A DNA stretch of 64,000 nt, from positions 34,040,757-34,104,756 of the forward strand of contig NC_134842.1 in the NCBI RefSeq assembly GCF_965363235.1, written 5' to 3'. A program made the position numbers and the translations under genes. Below are positions 15,568-29,075 of this stretch, piece by piece (position 1 is the first letter of the stretch; the number at the start of each line of letters is the position of its first letter). The stretch comes from Mytilus galloprovincialis. Lineage: Eukaryota. The notes beneath the pieces are model-generated. The model was not told where the DNA came from. It ran no database searches and saw nothing but the letters and a program-made list of their open reading frames with translations.

Positions 15568-16017
15568 GCCCAAGACCACAATTAATGACCCCGCTTTTCG
15601 TTGTTCACGAATATAGTTCCCTTTAATTATAGTGTATTTTTTCTTTATTTTTTTTTCTTTCCCTTTCTCATTCATTTCTTAGCTTTTCTGGGGTGGAAAT
15701 GAAAGAAGAGAGCTGAAATAAACTTCTGGATGGTTTATTTTAACTGATTTTAATAAGGAAAGAGTGATTAGGCCAGGTGCAAAAAGGTTATATTTACACT
15801 TTTCGGAACATCTCTTGACTTGCCTATAGGGGTATGGATGTGTATTGGCCAAATTTGTATGATGTAAAGATGCAATTTTTCTGAAAATTGCATATATTTT
15901 TGGACTTGTACTGTACATTACACACACAAAAAATTAGACAAAAAGAATAGGCAATTTTTTTTTAATGCGACAAAACGTTATAAAGAAATGATAGAGGAAT
16001 TAATTGTGGTCTCGGGC
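15568..16017. mobile_element. MITE copy (same element)
   Basis: Identical sequence and flanks; long satellite unit. Confidence 0.8.
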
Positions 16018-18606
16018 CTAAGAGGTGCATTTCAGCAAATTTTGAATTTATACTTTGACAACTTCTCTGAATGATCTATTGGTATTGATTTGTCAAACTA
16101 TATGAGAAGAAATGATTTCCACTTTTATTTGATAGAAATTTGTAAAAAAAGTCACTTTTCAGCTGATATGCCCAAAAAGTAGCTTTTTCACTTTTTTCAA
16201 TATTTTTGCAAAAGCAGTATCCTTAATTTTTCTCTGACATTTTTTTTCTGATATTTATTTGTGTTTGTGGTATTTATTTCATGTGTTTTACTCATTTGTG
16301 AACTCTGAACACAAAGAAAAGTGGATAAAAGCATTAAAAGAGTGCAAAATGTGCTGTTTTAATAGTCTAGGTCTAACGGTCCGTACGAAGCAAGTGAAAT
16401 ATGAAGTTCTATGCACTTAAAAATTTTATTTCTTTAAACAGATTGCACTGAATCTATATCAAAAGCACTTATTACTGGTTGTTTAAACTTGTCTGTTTCA
16501 CAGAATACCTTTATTTTCTTCTGTTGGATGGCTGGTGGTTAAAATTTTGGCATTTTAAGACTGAAATTTCATGCAGATTTTAAACAGTAAATTGAAAAAA
16601 CTTTGCATCAGACCATACTGTCTACATATATAGTTAAAAGCAACAGTCTTGTAACATCCAGGCTTCATATTTGATCATATCTCAGCAAGGATTTGAGCAA
16701 AAAGAAGCATATTTCCATCTCCAATATCATTTATATGCAATTTAATATGGAAATATAGGGAACGGCCCAAATTGACAACTTGTTATTTTAAGCTTGACAT
16801 TGCTTAAGACCATGTAAAACTCATGTGTTATGCTCTTTGAAACTTATATTTACATCAAAAGAACATTTATGATATGTAAAATGTTTTGTTTTAACTTAAC
16901 AACTTCAGAAAATTGTTGTAAGTGGAAAATATTACATTTCATATAAGGCCTCACTTCATTTGAAAACCTCTATTTTTTGGCATAGGCACATATAAAATTA
17001 ACTTTTGTCAAATTTTTATAAGTCTCATACATTAAGTATGCTATCATGTACTTTGAATAGCTAATATATTATCCATTGAGACATTAAAAAGTGCAATTTG
17101 GTGTTTTTTGGGGATTTTTGAAGCCAAAATTTGAAAGTTGAAATTGTTCTATTTCAACGTCACAATTCAGCAACCAAAGTTGAGATATAAAAAATGCCAC
17201 ATTTTCTATAATATATATCATATGGCTTTGAAACTTTGTAAACTGACTCATAATACACTAAGCTTAACTCATGCCAAGTTTTATTGGAATTGGTCAAGTT
17301 TTTGGCCCCTAATAGGTGCATTTCAGCAAATTTTGAATTTATACTTTGACAACTTCTCTGAATGATCTATTGGTATTGATTTGTCAAACTATATGAGAAG
17401 AAATGATTTCCACTTTTATTTGATAGAAATTTGTAAAAAAAGCCACTTTTCAGCTGATATGCCCAAAAAGTAGCTTTTTCACTTTTTTCAATATTTTTGC
17501 AAAAGCAGTATCCTTAATTTTTCTCTGACATTTTTTTTCTGATATTTATTTGTGTTTGTGGTATTTATTTCATGTGTTTTACTCATTTGTGAACTCTGAA
17601 CACAAAGAAAAGTGGATAAAAGCATTAAAAGAGTGCAAAATGTGCTGTTTTAATAGTCTAGGTCTAACGGTCCGTACGAAGCAAGTGAAATATGAAGTTC
17701 TATGCACTTAAAAATTTTATTTCTTTAAACAGATTGCACTGAATCTATATCAAAAGCACTTATTACTGGTTGTTTAAACTTGTCTGTTTCACAGAATACC
17801 TTTATTTTCTTCTGTTGGATGGCTGGTGGTTAAAATTTTGGCATTTTAAGACTGAAATTTCATGCAGATTTTAAACAGTAAATTGAAAAAACTTTGCATC
17901 AGACCATACTGTCTACATATATAGTTAAAAGCAACAGTCTTGTAACATCCAGGCTTCATATTTGATCATATCTCAGCAAGGATTTGAGCAAAAAGAAGCA
18001 TATTTCCATCTCCAATATCATTTATATGCAATTTAATATGGAAATATAGGGAACGGCCCAAATTGACAACTTGTTATTTTAAGCTTGACATTGCTTAAGA
18101 CCATGTAAAACTCATGTGTTATGCTCTTTGAAACTTATATTTACATCAAAAGAACATTTATGATATGTAAAATGTTTTGTTTTAACTTAACAACTTCAGA
18201 AAATTGTTGTAAGTGGAAAATATTACATTTCATATAAGGCCTCACTTCATTTGAAAACCTCTATTTTTTGGCATAGGCACATATAAAATTAACTTTTGTC
18301 AAATTTTTATAAGTCTCATACATTAAGTATGCTATCATGTACTTTGAATAGCTAATATATTATCCATTGAGACATTAAAAAGTGCAATTTGGTGTTTTTT
18401 GGGGATTTTTGAAGCCAAAATTTGAAAGTTGAAATTGTTCTATTTCAACGTCACAATTCAGCAACCAAAGTTGAGATATAAAAAATGCCACATTTTCTAT
18501 AATATATATCATATGGCTTTGAAACTTTGTAAACTGACTCATAATACACTAAGCTTAACTCATGCCAAGTTTTATTGGAATTGGTCAAGTTTTTGGCCCC
18601 TAATAG

Positions 18607-19056
18607 GCCCAAGACCACAATTAATGACCCCGCTTTTCGTTGTTCACGAATATAGTTCCCTTTAATTATAGTGTATTTTTTCTTTATTTTTTTTTCTTTC
18701 CCTTTCTCATTCATTTCTTAGCTTTTCTGGGGTGGAAATGAAAGAAGAGAGCTGAAATAAACTTCTGGATGGTTTATTTTAACTGATTTTAATAAGGAAA
18801 GAGTGATTAGGCCAGGTGCAAAAAGGTTATATTTACACTTTTCGGAACATCTCTTGACTTGCCTATAGGGGTATGGATGTGTATTGGCCAAATTTGTATG
18901 ATGTAAAGATGCAATTTTTCTGAAAATTGCATATATTTTTGGACTTGTACTGTACATTACACACACAAAAAATTAGACAAAAAGAATAGGCAATTTTTTT
19001 TTAATGCGACAAAACGTTATAAAGAAATGATAGAGGAATTAATTGTGGTCTCGGGC
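18607..19056. mobile_element. MITE copy (same element)
   Basis: Identical sequence and flanks; long satellite unit. Confidence 0.8.
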
Positions 19057-20354
19057 CTAAGAGGTGCATTTCAGCAAATTTTGAATTTATACTTTGACAA
19101 CTTCTCTGAATGATCTATTGGTATTGATTTGTCAAACTATATGAGAAGAAATGATTTCCACTTTTATTTGATAGAAATTTGTAAAAAAAGTCACTTTTCA
19201 GCTGATATGCCCAAAAAGTAGCTTTTTCACTTTTTTCAATATTTTTGCAAAAGCAGTATCCTTAATTTTTCTCTGACATTTTTTTTCTGATATTTATTTG
19301 TGTTTGTGGTATTTATTTCATGTGTTTTACTCATTTGTGAACTCTGAACACAAAGAAAAGTGGATAAAAGCATTAAAAGAGTGCAAAATGTGCTGTTTTA
19401 ATAGTCTAGGTCTAACGGTCCGTACGAAGCAAGTGAAATATGAAGTTCTATGCACTTAAAAATTTTATTTCTTTAAACAGATTGCACTGAATCTATATCA
19501 AAAGCACTTATTACTGGTTGTTTAAACTTGTCTGTTTCACAGAATACCTTTATTTTCTTCTGTTGGATGGCTGGTGGTTAAAATTTTGGCATTTTAAGAC
19601 TGAAATTTCATGCAGATTTTAAACAGTAAATTGAAAAAACTTTGCATCAGACCATACTGTCTACATATATAGTTAAAAGCAACAGTCTTGTAACATCCAG
19701 GCTTCATATTTGATCATATCTCAGCAAGGATTTGAGCAAAAAGAAGCATATTTCCATCTCCAATATCATTTATATGCAATTTAATATGGAAATATAGGGA
19801 ACGGCCCAAATTGACAACTTGTTATTTTAAGCTTGACATTGCTTAAGACCATGTAAAACTCATGTGTTATGCTCTTTGAAACTTATATTTACATCAAAAG
19901 AACATTTATGATATGTAAAATGTTTTGTTTTAACTTAACAACTTCAGAAAATTGTTGTAAGTGGAAAATATTACATTTCATATAAGGCCTCACTTCATTT
20001 GAAAACCTCTATTTTTTGGCATAGGCACATATAAAATTAACTTTTGTCAAATTTTTATAAGTCTCATACATTAAGTATGCTATCATGTACTTTGAATAGC
20101 TAATATATTATCCATTGAGACATTAAAAAGTGCAATTTGGTGTTTTTTGGGGATTTTTGAAGCCAAAATTTGAAAGTTGAAATTGTTCTATTTCAACGTC
20201 ACAATTCAGCAACCAAAGTTGAGATATAAAAAATGCCACATTTTCTATAATATATATCATATGGCTTTGAAACTTTGTAAACTGACTCATAATACACTAA
20301 GCTTAACTCATGCCAAGTTTTATTGGAATTGGTCAAGTTTTTGGCCCCTAATAG

Positions 20355-20804
20355 GCCCAAGACCACAATTAATGACCCCGCTTTTCGTTGTTCACGAATA
20401 TAGTTCCCTTTAATTATAGTGTATTTTTTCTTTATTTTTTTTTCTTTCCCTTTCTCATTCATTTCTTAGCTTTTCTGGGGTGGAAATGAAAGAAGAGAGC
20501 TGAAATAAACTTCTGGATGGTTTATTTTAACTGATTTTAATAAGGAAAGAGTGATTAGGCCAGGTGCAAAAAGGTTATATTTACACTTTTCGGAACATCT
20601 CTTGACTTGCCTATAGGGGTATGGATGTGTATTGGCCAAATTTGTATGATGTAAAGATGCAATTTTTCTGAAAATTGCATATATTTTTGGACTTGTACTG
20701 TACATTACACACACAAAAAATTAGACAAAAAGAATAGGCAATTTTTTTTTAATGCGACAAAACGTTATAAAGAAATGATAGAGGAATTAATTGTGGTCTC
20801 GGGC
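20355..20804. mobile_element. MITE copy (same element)
   Basis: Identical sequence and flanks; long satellite unit. Confidence 0.8.
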
Positions 20805-23393
20805 CTAAGAGGTGCATTTCAGCAAATTTTGAATTTATACTTTGACAACTTCTCTGAATGATCTATTGGTATTGATTTGTCAAACTATATGAGAAGAAAT
20901 GATTTCCACTTTTATTTGATAGAAATTTGTAAAAAAAGTCACTTTTCAGCTGATATGCCCAAAAAGTAGCTTTTTCACTTTTTTCAATATTTTTGCAAAA
21001 GCAGTATCCTTAATTTTTCTCTGACATTTTTTTTCTGATATTTATTTGTGTTTGTGGTATTTATTTCATGTGTTTTACTCATTTGTGAACTCTGAACACA
21101 AAGAAAAGTGGATAAAAGCATTAAAAGAGTGCAAAATGTGCTGTTTTAATAGTCTAGGTCTAACGGTCCGTACGAAGCAAGTGAAATATGAAGTTCTATG
21201 CACTTAAAAATTTTATTTCTTTAAACAGATTGCACTGAATCTATATCAAAAGCACTTATTACTGGTTGTTTAAACTTGTCTGTTTCACAGAATACCTTTA
21301 TTTTCTTCTGTTGGATGGCTGGTGGTTAAAATTTTGGCATTTTAAGACTGAAATTTCATGCAGATTTTAAACAGTAAATTGAAAAAACTTTGCATCAGAC
21401 CATACTGTCTACATATATAGTTAAAAGCAACAGTCTTGTAACATCCAGGCTTCATATTTGATCATATCTCAGCAAGGATTTGAGCAAAAAGAAGCATATT
21501 TCCATCTCCAATATCATTTATATGCAATTTAATATGGAAATATAGGGAACGGCCCAAATTGACAACTTGTTATTTTAAGCTTGACATTGCTTAAGACCAT
21601 GTAAAACTCATGTGTTATGCTCTTTGAAACTTATATTTACATCAAAAGAACATTTATGATATGTAAAATGTTTTGTTTTAACTTAACAACTTCAGAAAAT
21701 TGTTGTAAGTGGAAAATATTACATTTCATATAAGGCCTCACTTCATTTGAAAACCTCTATTTTTTGGCATAGGCACATATAAAATTAACTTTTGTCAAAT
21801 TTTTATAAGTCTCATACATTAAGTATGCTATCATGTACTTTGAATAGCTAATATATTATCCATTGAGACATTAAAAAGTGCAATTTGGTGTTTTTTGGGG
21901 ATTTTTGAAGCCAAAATTTGAAAGTTGAAATTGTTCTATTTCAACGTCACAATTCAGCAACCAAAGTTGAGATATAAAAAATGCCACATTTTCTATAATA
22001 TATATCATATGGCTTTGAAACTTTGTAAACTGACTCATAATACACTAAGCTTAACTCATGCCAAGTTTTATTGGAATTGGTCAAGTTTTTGGCCCCTAAT
22101 AGGTGCATTTCAGCAAATTTTGAATTTATACTTTGACAACTTCTCTGAATGATCTATTGGTATTGATTTGTCAAACTATATGAGAAGAAATGATTTCCAC
22201 TTTTATTTGATAGAAATTTGTAAAAAAAGTCACTTTTCAGCTGATATGCCCAAAAAGTAGCTTTTTCACTTTTTTCAATATTTTTGCAAAAGCAGTATCC
22301 TTAACTTTTCTCTGACATTTTTTTTCTGATATTTATTTGTGTTTGTGGTATTTATTTCATGTGTTTTACTCATTTGTGAACTCTGAACACAAAGAAAAGT
22401 GGATAAAAGCATTAAAAGAGTGCAAAATGTGCTGTTTTAATAGTCTAGGTCTAACGGTCCGTACGAAGCAAGTGAAATATGAAGTTCTATGCACTTAAAA
22501 ATTTTATTTCTTTAAACAGATTGCACTGAATCTATATCAAAAGCACTTATTACTGGTTGTTTAAACTTGTCTGTTTCACAGAATACCTTTATTTTCTTCT
22601 GTTGGATGGCTGGTGGTTAAAATTTTGGCATTTTAAGACTGAAATTTCATGCAGATTTTAAACAGTAAATTGAAAAAACTTTGCATCAGACCATACTGTC
22701 TACATATATAGTTAAAAGCAACAGTCTTGTAACATCCAGGCTTCATATTTGATCATATCTCAGCAAGGATTTGAGCAAAAAGAAGCATATTTCCATCTCC
22801 AATATCATTTATATGCAATTTAATATGGAAATATAGGGAACGGCCCAAATTGACAACTTGTTATTTTAAGCTTGACATTGCTTAAGACCATGTAAAACTC
22901 ATGTGTTATGCTCTTTGAAACTTATATTTACATCAAAAGAACATTTATGATATGTAAAATGTTTTGTTTTAACTTAACAACTTCAGAAAATTGTTGTAAG
23001 TGGAAAATATTACATTTCATATAAGGCCTCACTTCATTTGAAAACCTCTATTTTTTGGCATAGGCACATATAAAATTAACTTTTGTCAAATTTTTATAAG
23101 TCTCATACATTAAGTATGCTATCATGTACTTTGAATAGCTAATATATTATCCATTGAGACATTAAAAAGTGCAATTTGGTGTTTTTTGGGGATTTTTGAA
23201 GCCAAAATTTGAAAGTTGAAATTGTTCTATTTCAACGTCACAATTCAGCAACCAAAGTTGAGATATAAAAAATGCCACATTTTCTATAATATATATCATA
23301 TGGCTTTGAAACTTTGTAAACTGACTCATAATACACTAAGCTTAACTCATGCCAAGTTTTATTGGAATTGGTCAAGTTTTTGGCCCCTAATAG

Positions 23394-23843
23394 GCCCAAG
23401 ACCACAATTAATGACCCCGCTTTTCGTTGTTCACGAATATAGTTCCCTTTAATTATAGTGTATTTTTTCTTTATTTTTTTTTCTTTCCCTTTCTCATTCA
23501 TTTCTTAGCTTTTCTGGGGTGGAAATGAAAGAAGAGAGCTGAAATAAACTTCTGGATGGTTTATTTTAACTGATTTTAATAAGGAAAGAGTGATTAGGCC
23601 AGGTGCAAAAAGGTTATATTTACACTTTTCGGAACATCTCTTGACTTGCCTATAGGGGTATGGATGTGTATTGGCCAAATTTGTATGATGTAAAGATGCA
23701 ATTTTTCTGAAAATTGCATATATTTTTGGACTTGTACTGTACATTACACACACAAAAAATTAGACAAAAAGAATAGGCAATTTTTTTTTAATGCGACAAA
23801 ACGTTATAAAGAAATGATAGAGGAATTAATTGTGGTCTCGGGC
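23394..23843. mobile_element. MITE copy (same element)
   Basis: Identical sequence and flanks; long satellite unit. Confidence 0.8.
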
Positions 23844-26432
23844 CTAAGAGGTGCATTTCAGCAAATTTTGAATTTATACTTTGACAACTTCTCTGAATGA
23901 TCTATTGGTATTGATTTGTCAAACTATATGAGAAGAAATGATTTCCACTTTTATTTGATAGAAATTTGTAAAAAAAGTCACTTTTCAGCTGATATGCCCA
24001 AAAAGTAGCTTTTTCACTTTTTTCAATATTTTTGCAAAAGCAGTATCCTTAATTTTTCTCTGACATTTTTTTTCTGATATTTATTTGTGTTTGTGGTATT
24101 TATTTCATGTGTTTTACTCATTTGTGAACTCTGAACACAAAGAAAAGTGGATAAAAGCATTAAAAGAGTGCAAAATGTGCTGTTTTAATAGTCTAGGTCT
24201 AACGGTCCGTACGAAGCAAGTGAAATATGAAGTTCTATGCACTTAAAAATTTTATTTCTTTAAACAGATTGCACTGAATCTATATCAAAAGCACTTATTA
24301 CTGGTTGTTTAAACTTGTCTGTTTCACAGAATACCTTTATTTTCTTCTGTTGGATGGCTGGTGGTTAAAATTTTGGCATTTTAAGACTGAAATTTCATGC
24401 AGATTTTAAACAGTAAATTGAAAAAACTTTGCATCAGACCATACTGTCTACATATATAGTTAAAAGCAACAGTCTTGTAACATCCAGGCTTCATATTTGA
24501 TCATATCTCAGCAAGGATTTGAGCAAAAAGAAGCATATTTCCATCTCCAATATCATTTATATGCAATTTAATATGGAAATATAGGGAACGGCCCAAATTG
24601 ACAACTTGTTATTTTAAGCTTGACATTGCTTAAGACCATGTAAAACTCATGTGTTATGCTCTTTGAAACTTATATTTACATCAAAAGAACATTTATGATA
24701 TGTAAAATGTTTTGTTTTAACTTAACAACTTCAGAAAATTGTTGTAAGTGGAAAATATTACATTTCATATAAGGCCTCACTTCATTTGAAAACCTCTATT
24801 TTTTGGCATAGGCACATATAAAATTAACTTTTGTCAAATTTTTATAAGTCTCATACATTAAGTATGCTATCATGTACTTTGAATAGCTAATATATTATCC
24901 ATTGAGACATTAAAAAGTGCAATTTGGTGTTTTTTGGGGATTTTTGAAGCCAAAATTTGAAAGTTGAAATTGTTCTATTTCAACGTCACAATTCAGCAAC
25001 CAAAGTTGAGATATAAAAAATGCCACATTTTCTATAATATATATCATATGGCTTTGAAACTTTGTAAACTGACTCATAATACACTAAGCTTAACTCATGC
25101 CAAGTTTTATTGGAATTGGTCAAGTTTTTGGCCCCTAATAGGTGCATTTCAGCAAATTTTGAATTTATACTTTGACAACTTCTCTGAATGATCTATTGGT
25201 ATTGATTTGTCAAACTATATGAGAAGAAATGATTTCCACTTTTATTTGATAGAAATTTGTAAAAAAAGCCACTTTTCAGCTGATATGCCCAAAAAGTAGC
25301 TTTTTCACTTTTTTCAATATTTTTGCAAAAGCAGTATCCTTAATTTTTCTCTGACATTTTTTTTCTGATATTTATTTGTGTTTGTGGTATTTATTTCATG
25401 TGTTTTACTCATTTGTGAACTCTGAACACAAAGAAAAGTGGATAAAAGCATTAAAAGAGTGCAAAATGTGCTGTTTTAATAGTCTAGGTCTAACGGTCCG
25501 TACGAAGCAAGTGAAATATGAAGTTCTATGCACTTAAAAATTTTATTTCTTTAAACAGATTGCACTGAATCTATATCAAAAGCACTTATTACTGGTTGTT
25601 TAAACTTGTCTGTTTCACAGAATACCTTTATTTTCTTCTGTTGGATGGCTGGTGGTTAAAATTTTGGCATTTTAAGACTGAAATTTCATGCAGATTTTAA
25701 ACAGTAAATTGAAAAAACTTTGCATCAGACCATACTGTCTACATATATAGTTAAAAGCAACAGTCTTGTAACATCCAGGCTTCATATTTGATCATATCTC
25801 AGCAAGGATTTGAGCAAAAAGAAGCATATTTCCATCTCCAATATCATTTATATGCAATTTAATATGGAAATATAGGGAACGGCCCAAATTGACAACTTGT
25901 TATTTTAAGCTTGACATTGCTTAAGACCATGTAAAACTCATGTGTTATGCTCTTTGAAACTTATATTTACATCAAAAGAACATTTATGATATGTAAAATG
26001 TTTTGTTTTAACTTAACAACTTCAGAAAATTGTTGTAAGTGGAAAATATTACATTTCATATAAGGCCTCACTTCATTTGAAAACCTCTATTTTTTGGCAT
26101 AGGCACATATAAAATTAACTTTTGTCAAATTTTTATAAGTCTCATACATTAAGTATGCTATCATGTACTTTGAATAGCTAATATATTATCCATTGAGACA
26201 TTAAAAAGTGCAATTTGGTGTTTTTTGGGGATTTTTGAAGCCAAAATTTGAAAGTTGAAATTGTTCTATTTCAACGTCACAATTCAGCAACCAAAGTTGA
26301 GATATAAAAAATGCCACATTTTCTATAATATATATCATATGGCTTTGAAACTTTGTAAACTGACTCATAATACACTAAGCTTAACTCATGCCAAGTTTTA
26401 TTGGAATTGGTCAAGTTTTTGGCCCCTAATAG

Positions 26433-26882
26433 GCCCAAGACCACAATTAATGACCCCGCTTTTCGTTGTTCACGAATATAGTTCCCTTTAATTATAGTGT
26501 ATTTTTTCTTTATTTTTTTTTCTTTCCCTTTCTCATTCATTTCTTAGCTTTTCTGGGGTGGAAATGAAAGAAGAGAGCTGAAATAAACTTCTGGATGGTT
26601 TATTTTAACTGATTTTAATAAGGAAAGAGTGATTAGGCCAGGTGCAAAAAGGTTATATTTACACTTTTCGGAACATCTCTTGACTTGCCTATAGGGGTAT
26701 GGATGTGTATTGGCCAAATTTGTATGATGTAAAGATGCAATTTTTCTGAAAATTGCATATATTTTTGGACTTGTACTGTACATTACACACACAAAAAATT
26801 AGACAAAAAGAATAGGCAATTTTTTTTTAATGCGACAAAACGTTATAAAGAAATGATAGAGGAATTAATTGTGGTCTCGGGC
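26433..26882. mobile_element. MITE copy (same element)
   Basis: Identical sequence and flanks; long satellite unit. Confidence 0.8.
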
Positions 26883-28180
26883 CTAAGAGGTGCATTTCAG
26901 CAAATTTTGAATTTATACTTTGACAACTTCTCTGAATGATCTATTGGTATTGATTTGTCAAACTATATGAGAAGAAATGATTTCCACTTTTATTTGATAG
27001 AAATTTGTAAAAAAAGTCACTTTTCAGCTGATATGCCCAAAAAGTAGCTTTTTCACTTTTTTCAATATTTTTGCAAAAGCAGTATCCTTAATTTTTCTCT
27101 GACATTTTTTTTCTGATATTTATTTGTGTTTGTGGTATTTATTTCATGTGTTTTACTCATTTGTGAACTCTGAACACAAAGAAAAGTGGATAAAAGCATT
27201 AAAAGAGTGCAAAATGTGCTGTTTTAATAGTCTAGGTCTAACGGTCCGTACGAAGCAAGTGAAATATGAAGTTCTATGCACTTAAAAATTTTATTTCTTT
27301 AAACAGATTGCACTGAATCTATATCAAAAGCACTTATTACTGGTTGTTTAAACTTGTCTGTTTCACAGAATACCTTTATTTTCTTCTGTTGGATGGCTGG
27401 TGGTTAAAATTTTGGCATTTTAAGACTGAAATTTCATGCAGATTTTAAACAGTAAATTGAAAAAACTTTGCATCAGACCATACTGTCTACATATATAGTT
27501 AAAAGCAACAGTCTTGTAACATCCAGGCTTCATATTTGATCATATCTCAGCAAGGATTTGAGCAAAAAGAAGCATATTTCCATCTCCAATATCATTTATA
27601 TGCAATTTAATATGGAAATATAGGGAACGGCCCAAATTGACAACTTGTTATTTTAAGCTTGACATTGCTTAAGACCATGTAAAACTCATGTGTTATGCTC
27701 TTTGAAACTTATATTTACATCAAAAGAACATTTATGATATGTAAAATGTTTTGTTTTAACTTAACAACTTCAGAAAATTGTTGTAAGTGGAAAATATTAC
27801 ATTTCATATAAGGCCTCACTTCATTTGAAAACCTCTATTTTTTGGCATAGGCACATATAAAATTAACTTTTGTCAAATTTTTATAAGTCTCATACATTAA
27901 GTATGCTATCATGTACTTTGAATAGCTAATATATTATCCATTGAGACATTAAAAAGTGCAATTTGGTGTTTTTTGGGGATTTTTGAAGCCAAAATTTGAA
28001 AGTTGAAATTGTTCTATTTCAACGTCACAATTCAGCAACCAAAGTTGAGATATAAAAAATGCCACATTTTCTATAATATATATCATATGGCTTTGAAACT
28101 TTGTAAACTGACTCATAATACACTAAGCTTAACTCATGCCAAGTTTTATTGGAATTGGTCAAGTTTTTGGCCCCTAATAG

Positions 28181-28630
28181 GCCCAAGACCACAATTAATG
28201 ACCCCGCTTTTCGTTGTTCACGAATATAGTTCCCTTTAATTATAGTGTATTTTTTCTTTATTTTTTTTTCTTTCCCTTTCTCATTCATTTCTTAGCTTTT
28301 CTGGGGTGGAAATGAAAGAAGAGAGCTGAAATAAACTTCTGGATGGTTTATTTTAACTGATTTTAATAAGGAAAGAGTGATTAGGCCAGGTGCAAAAAGG
28401 TTATATTTACACTTTTCGGAACATCTCTTGACTTGCCTATAGGGGTATGGATGTGTATTGGCCAAATTTGTATGATGTAAAGATGCAATTTTTCTGAAAA
28501 TTGCATATATTTTTGGACTTGTACTGTACATTACACACACACAAAATTAGACAAAAAGATTAGGCAAATTTTTTTTAATGCGACAAAACGTTATAAAGAA
28601 ATGATAGAGGAATTAATTGTGGTCTCGGGC
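28181..28630. mobile_element. Last MITE copy. The satellite array ends immediately after its 3' terminal repeat (ggtctcgggcc then tatagg and unique sequence).
   Basis: Homology to the satellite monomer stops at about 28632. This last unit is slightly diverged (acacacacacaaaattagacaaaaagattagg). Confidence 0.8.
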
Positions 28631-28632
28631 CT

Positions 28633-29075
28633 ATAGGTGGCACGGTAGTATTTGCATTCCAGAATTTAGGTTGCTCTTTTGTGTACCCTACTTAGGTAAA
28701 TGTATCTAAACAGTGTGATTGGACAAAAAATACAGTATCAACTGAACATACTTTCCCAAACTGAGGGATGAATCAGGTGTAGAAAAATATGAAATAATTT
28801 TACATACAGATGAAAATGAATTTTTGAGAATTTTTTTAAATTTTGTATTCACTGCACCATAAAATACCTAAAAGTACTAGTGGCCTTAGGTTTTTAAAAA
28901 TAGCAAAAAAAGTAAACGGTCATGATACATATTCAAATTCATTTCTGAATAGTAAAATGAAAGTACTTCAGTTAACTGTGAATGTAGAATTTTTTGCAGT
29001 GTTAGAAAGTGGTGAAAATTCTAAAAAGGCTATCATTATCCCTTATGGGCCAGGAAATACTACCGTGCCACCTAT
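28633..29075. repeat. Pair of 22-23-bp inverted repeats, ATAGGTGGCACGGTAGTATTT (28633-28655) and its reverse complement (29053-29075), about 400 bp apart. An inner 11-13-bp inverted repeat GCCGGCGAGCG / CGCTCGCCGGC lies at 29085-29167.
   Basis: Reverse-complement identity read directly. Sits directly next to the satellite end. Confidence 0.6.

Larger units (their letters stand above)
1..28632. repeat. Tandem satellite array with ~1291-bp monomer. 19 units: 8 short (1291 bp) and 11 long (1748 bp, carrying a 450-bp MITE). >99% identity between units. Continues beyond the left edge of the window.
   Basis: The identical ORF set recurs at spacings of 1291 or 1748 bp (ORF starts 184, 1941, 3233, 4982 ... 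28003). Direct reading shows near-identical units beginning ttcatttgaaaacctctatttttt at 1, 1758, 3050, 4799, 6090, 7381, 9129, 10877, 12168, 13916, 15207, 16955, 18246, 19994, 21742, 23033, 24781, 26072, 27820. Confidence 0.97.

Noticed and set aside
184-28540. Conserved 75-87-codon ORFs recurring in every satellite unit (MKLFYFNVTIQQPKLRYKK..., MNEKGKEKKIKKKYTIIKG..., MCVMYSTSPKIYAIFRK...)
   Set aside because: They are conserved only because the units are >99% identical. They are AT-rich and low-complexity with no recognisable domains. One spans the MITE insertion junction and two lie inside the MITE, and the 78/75-aa versions differ just by the presence of the MITE. I treat them as non-coding.
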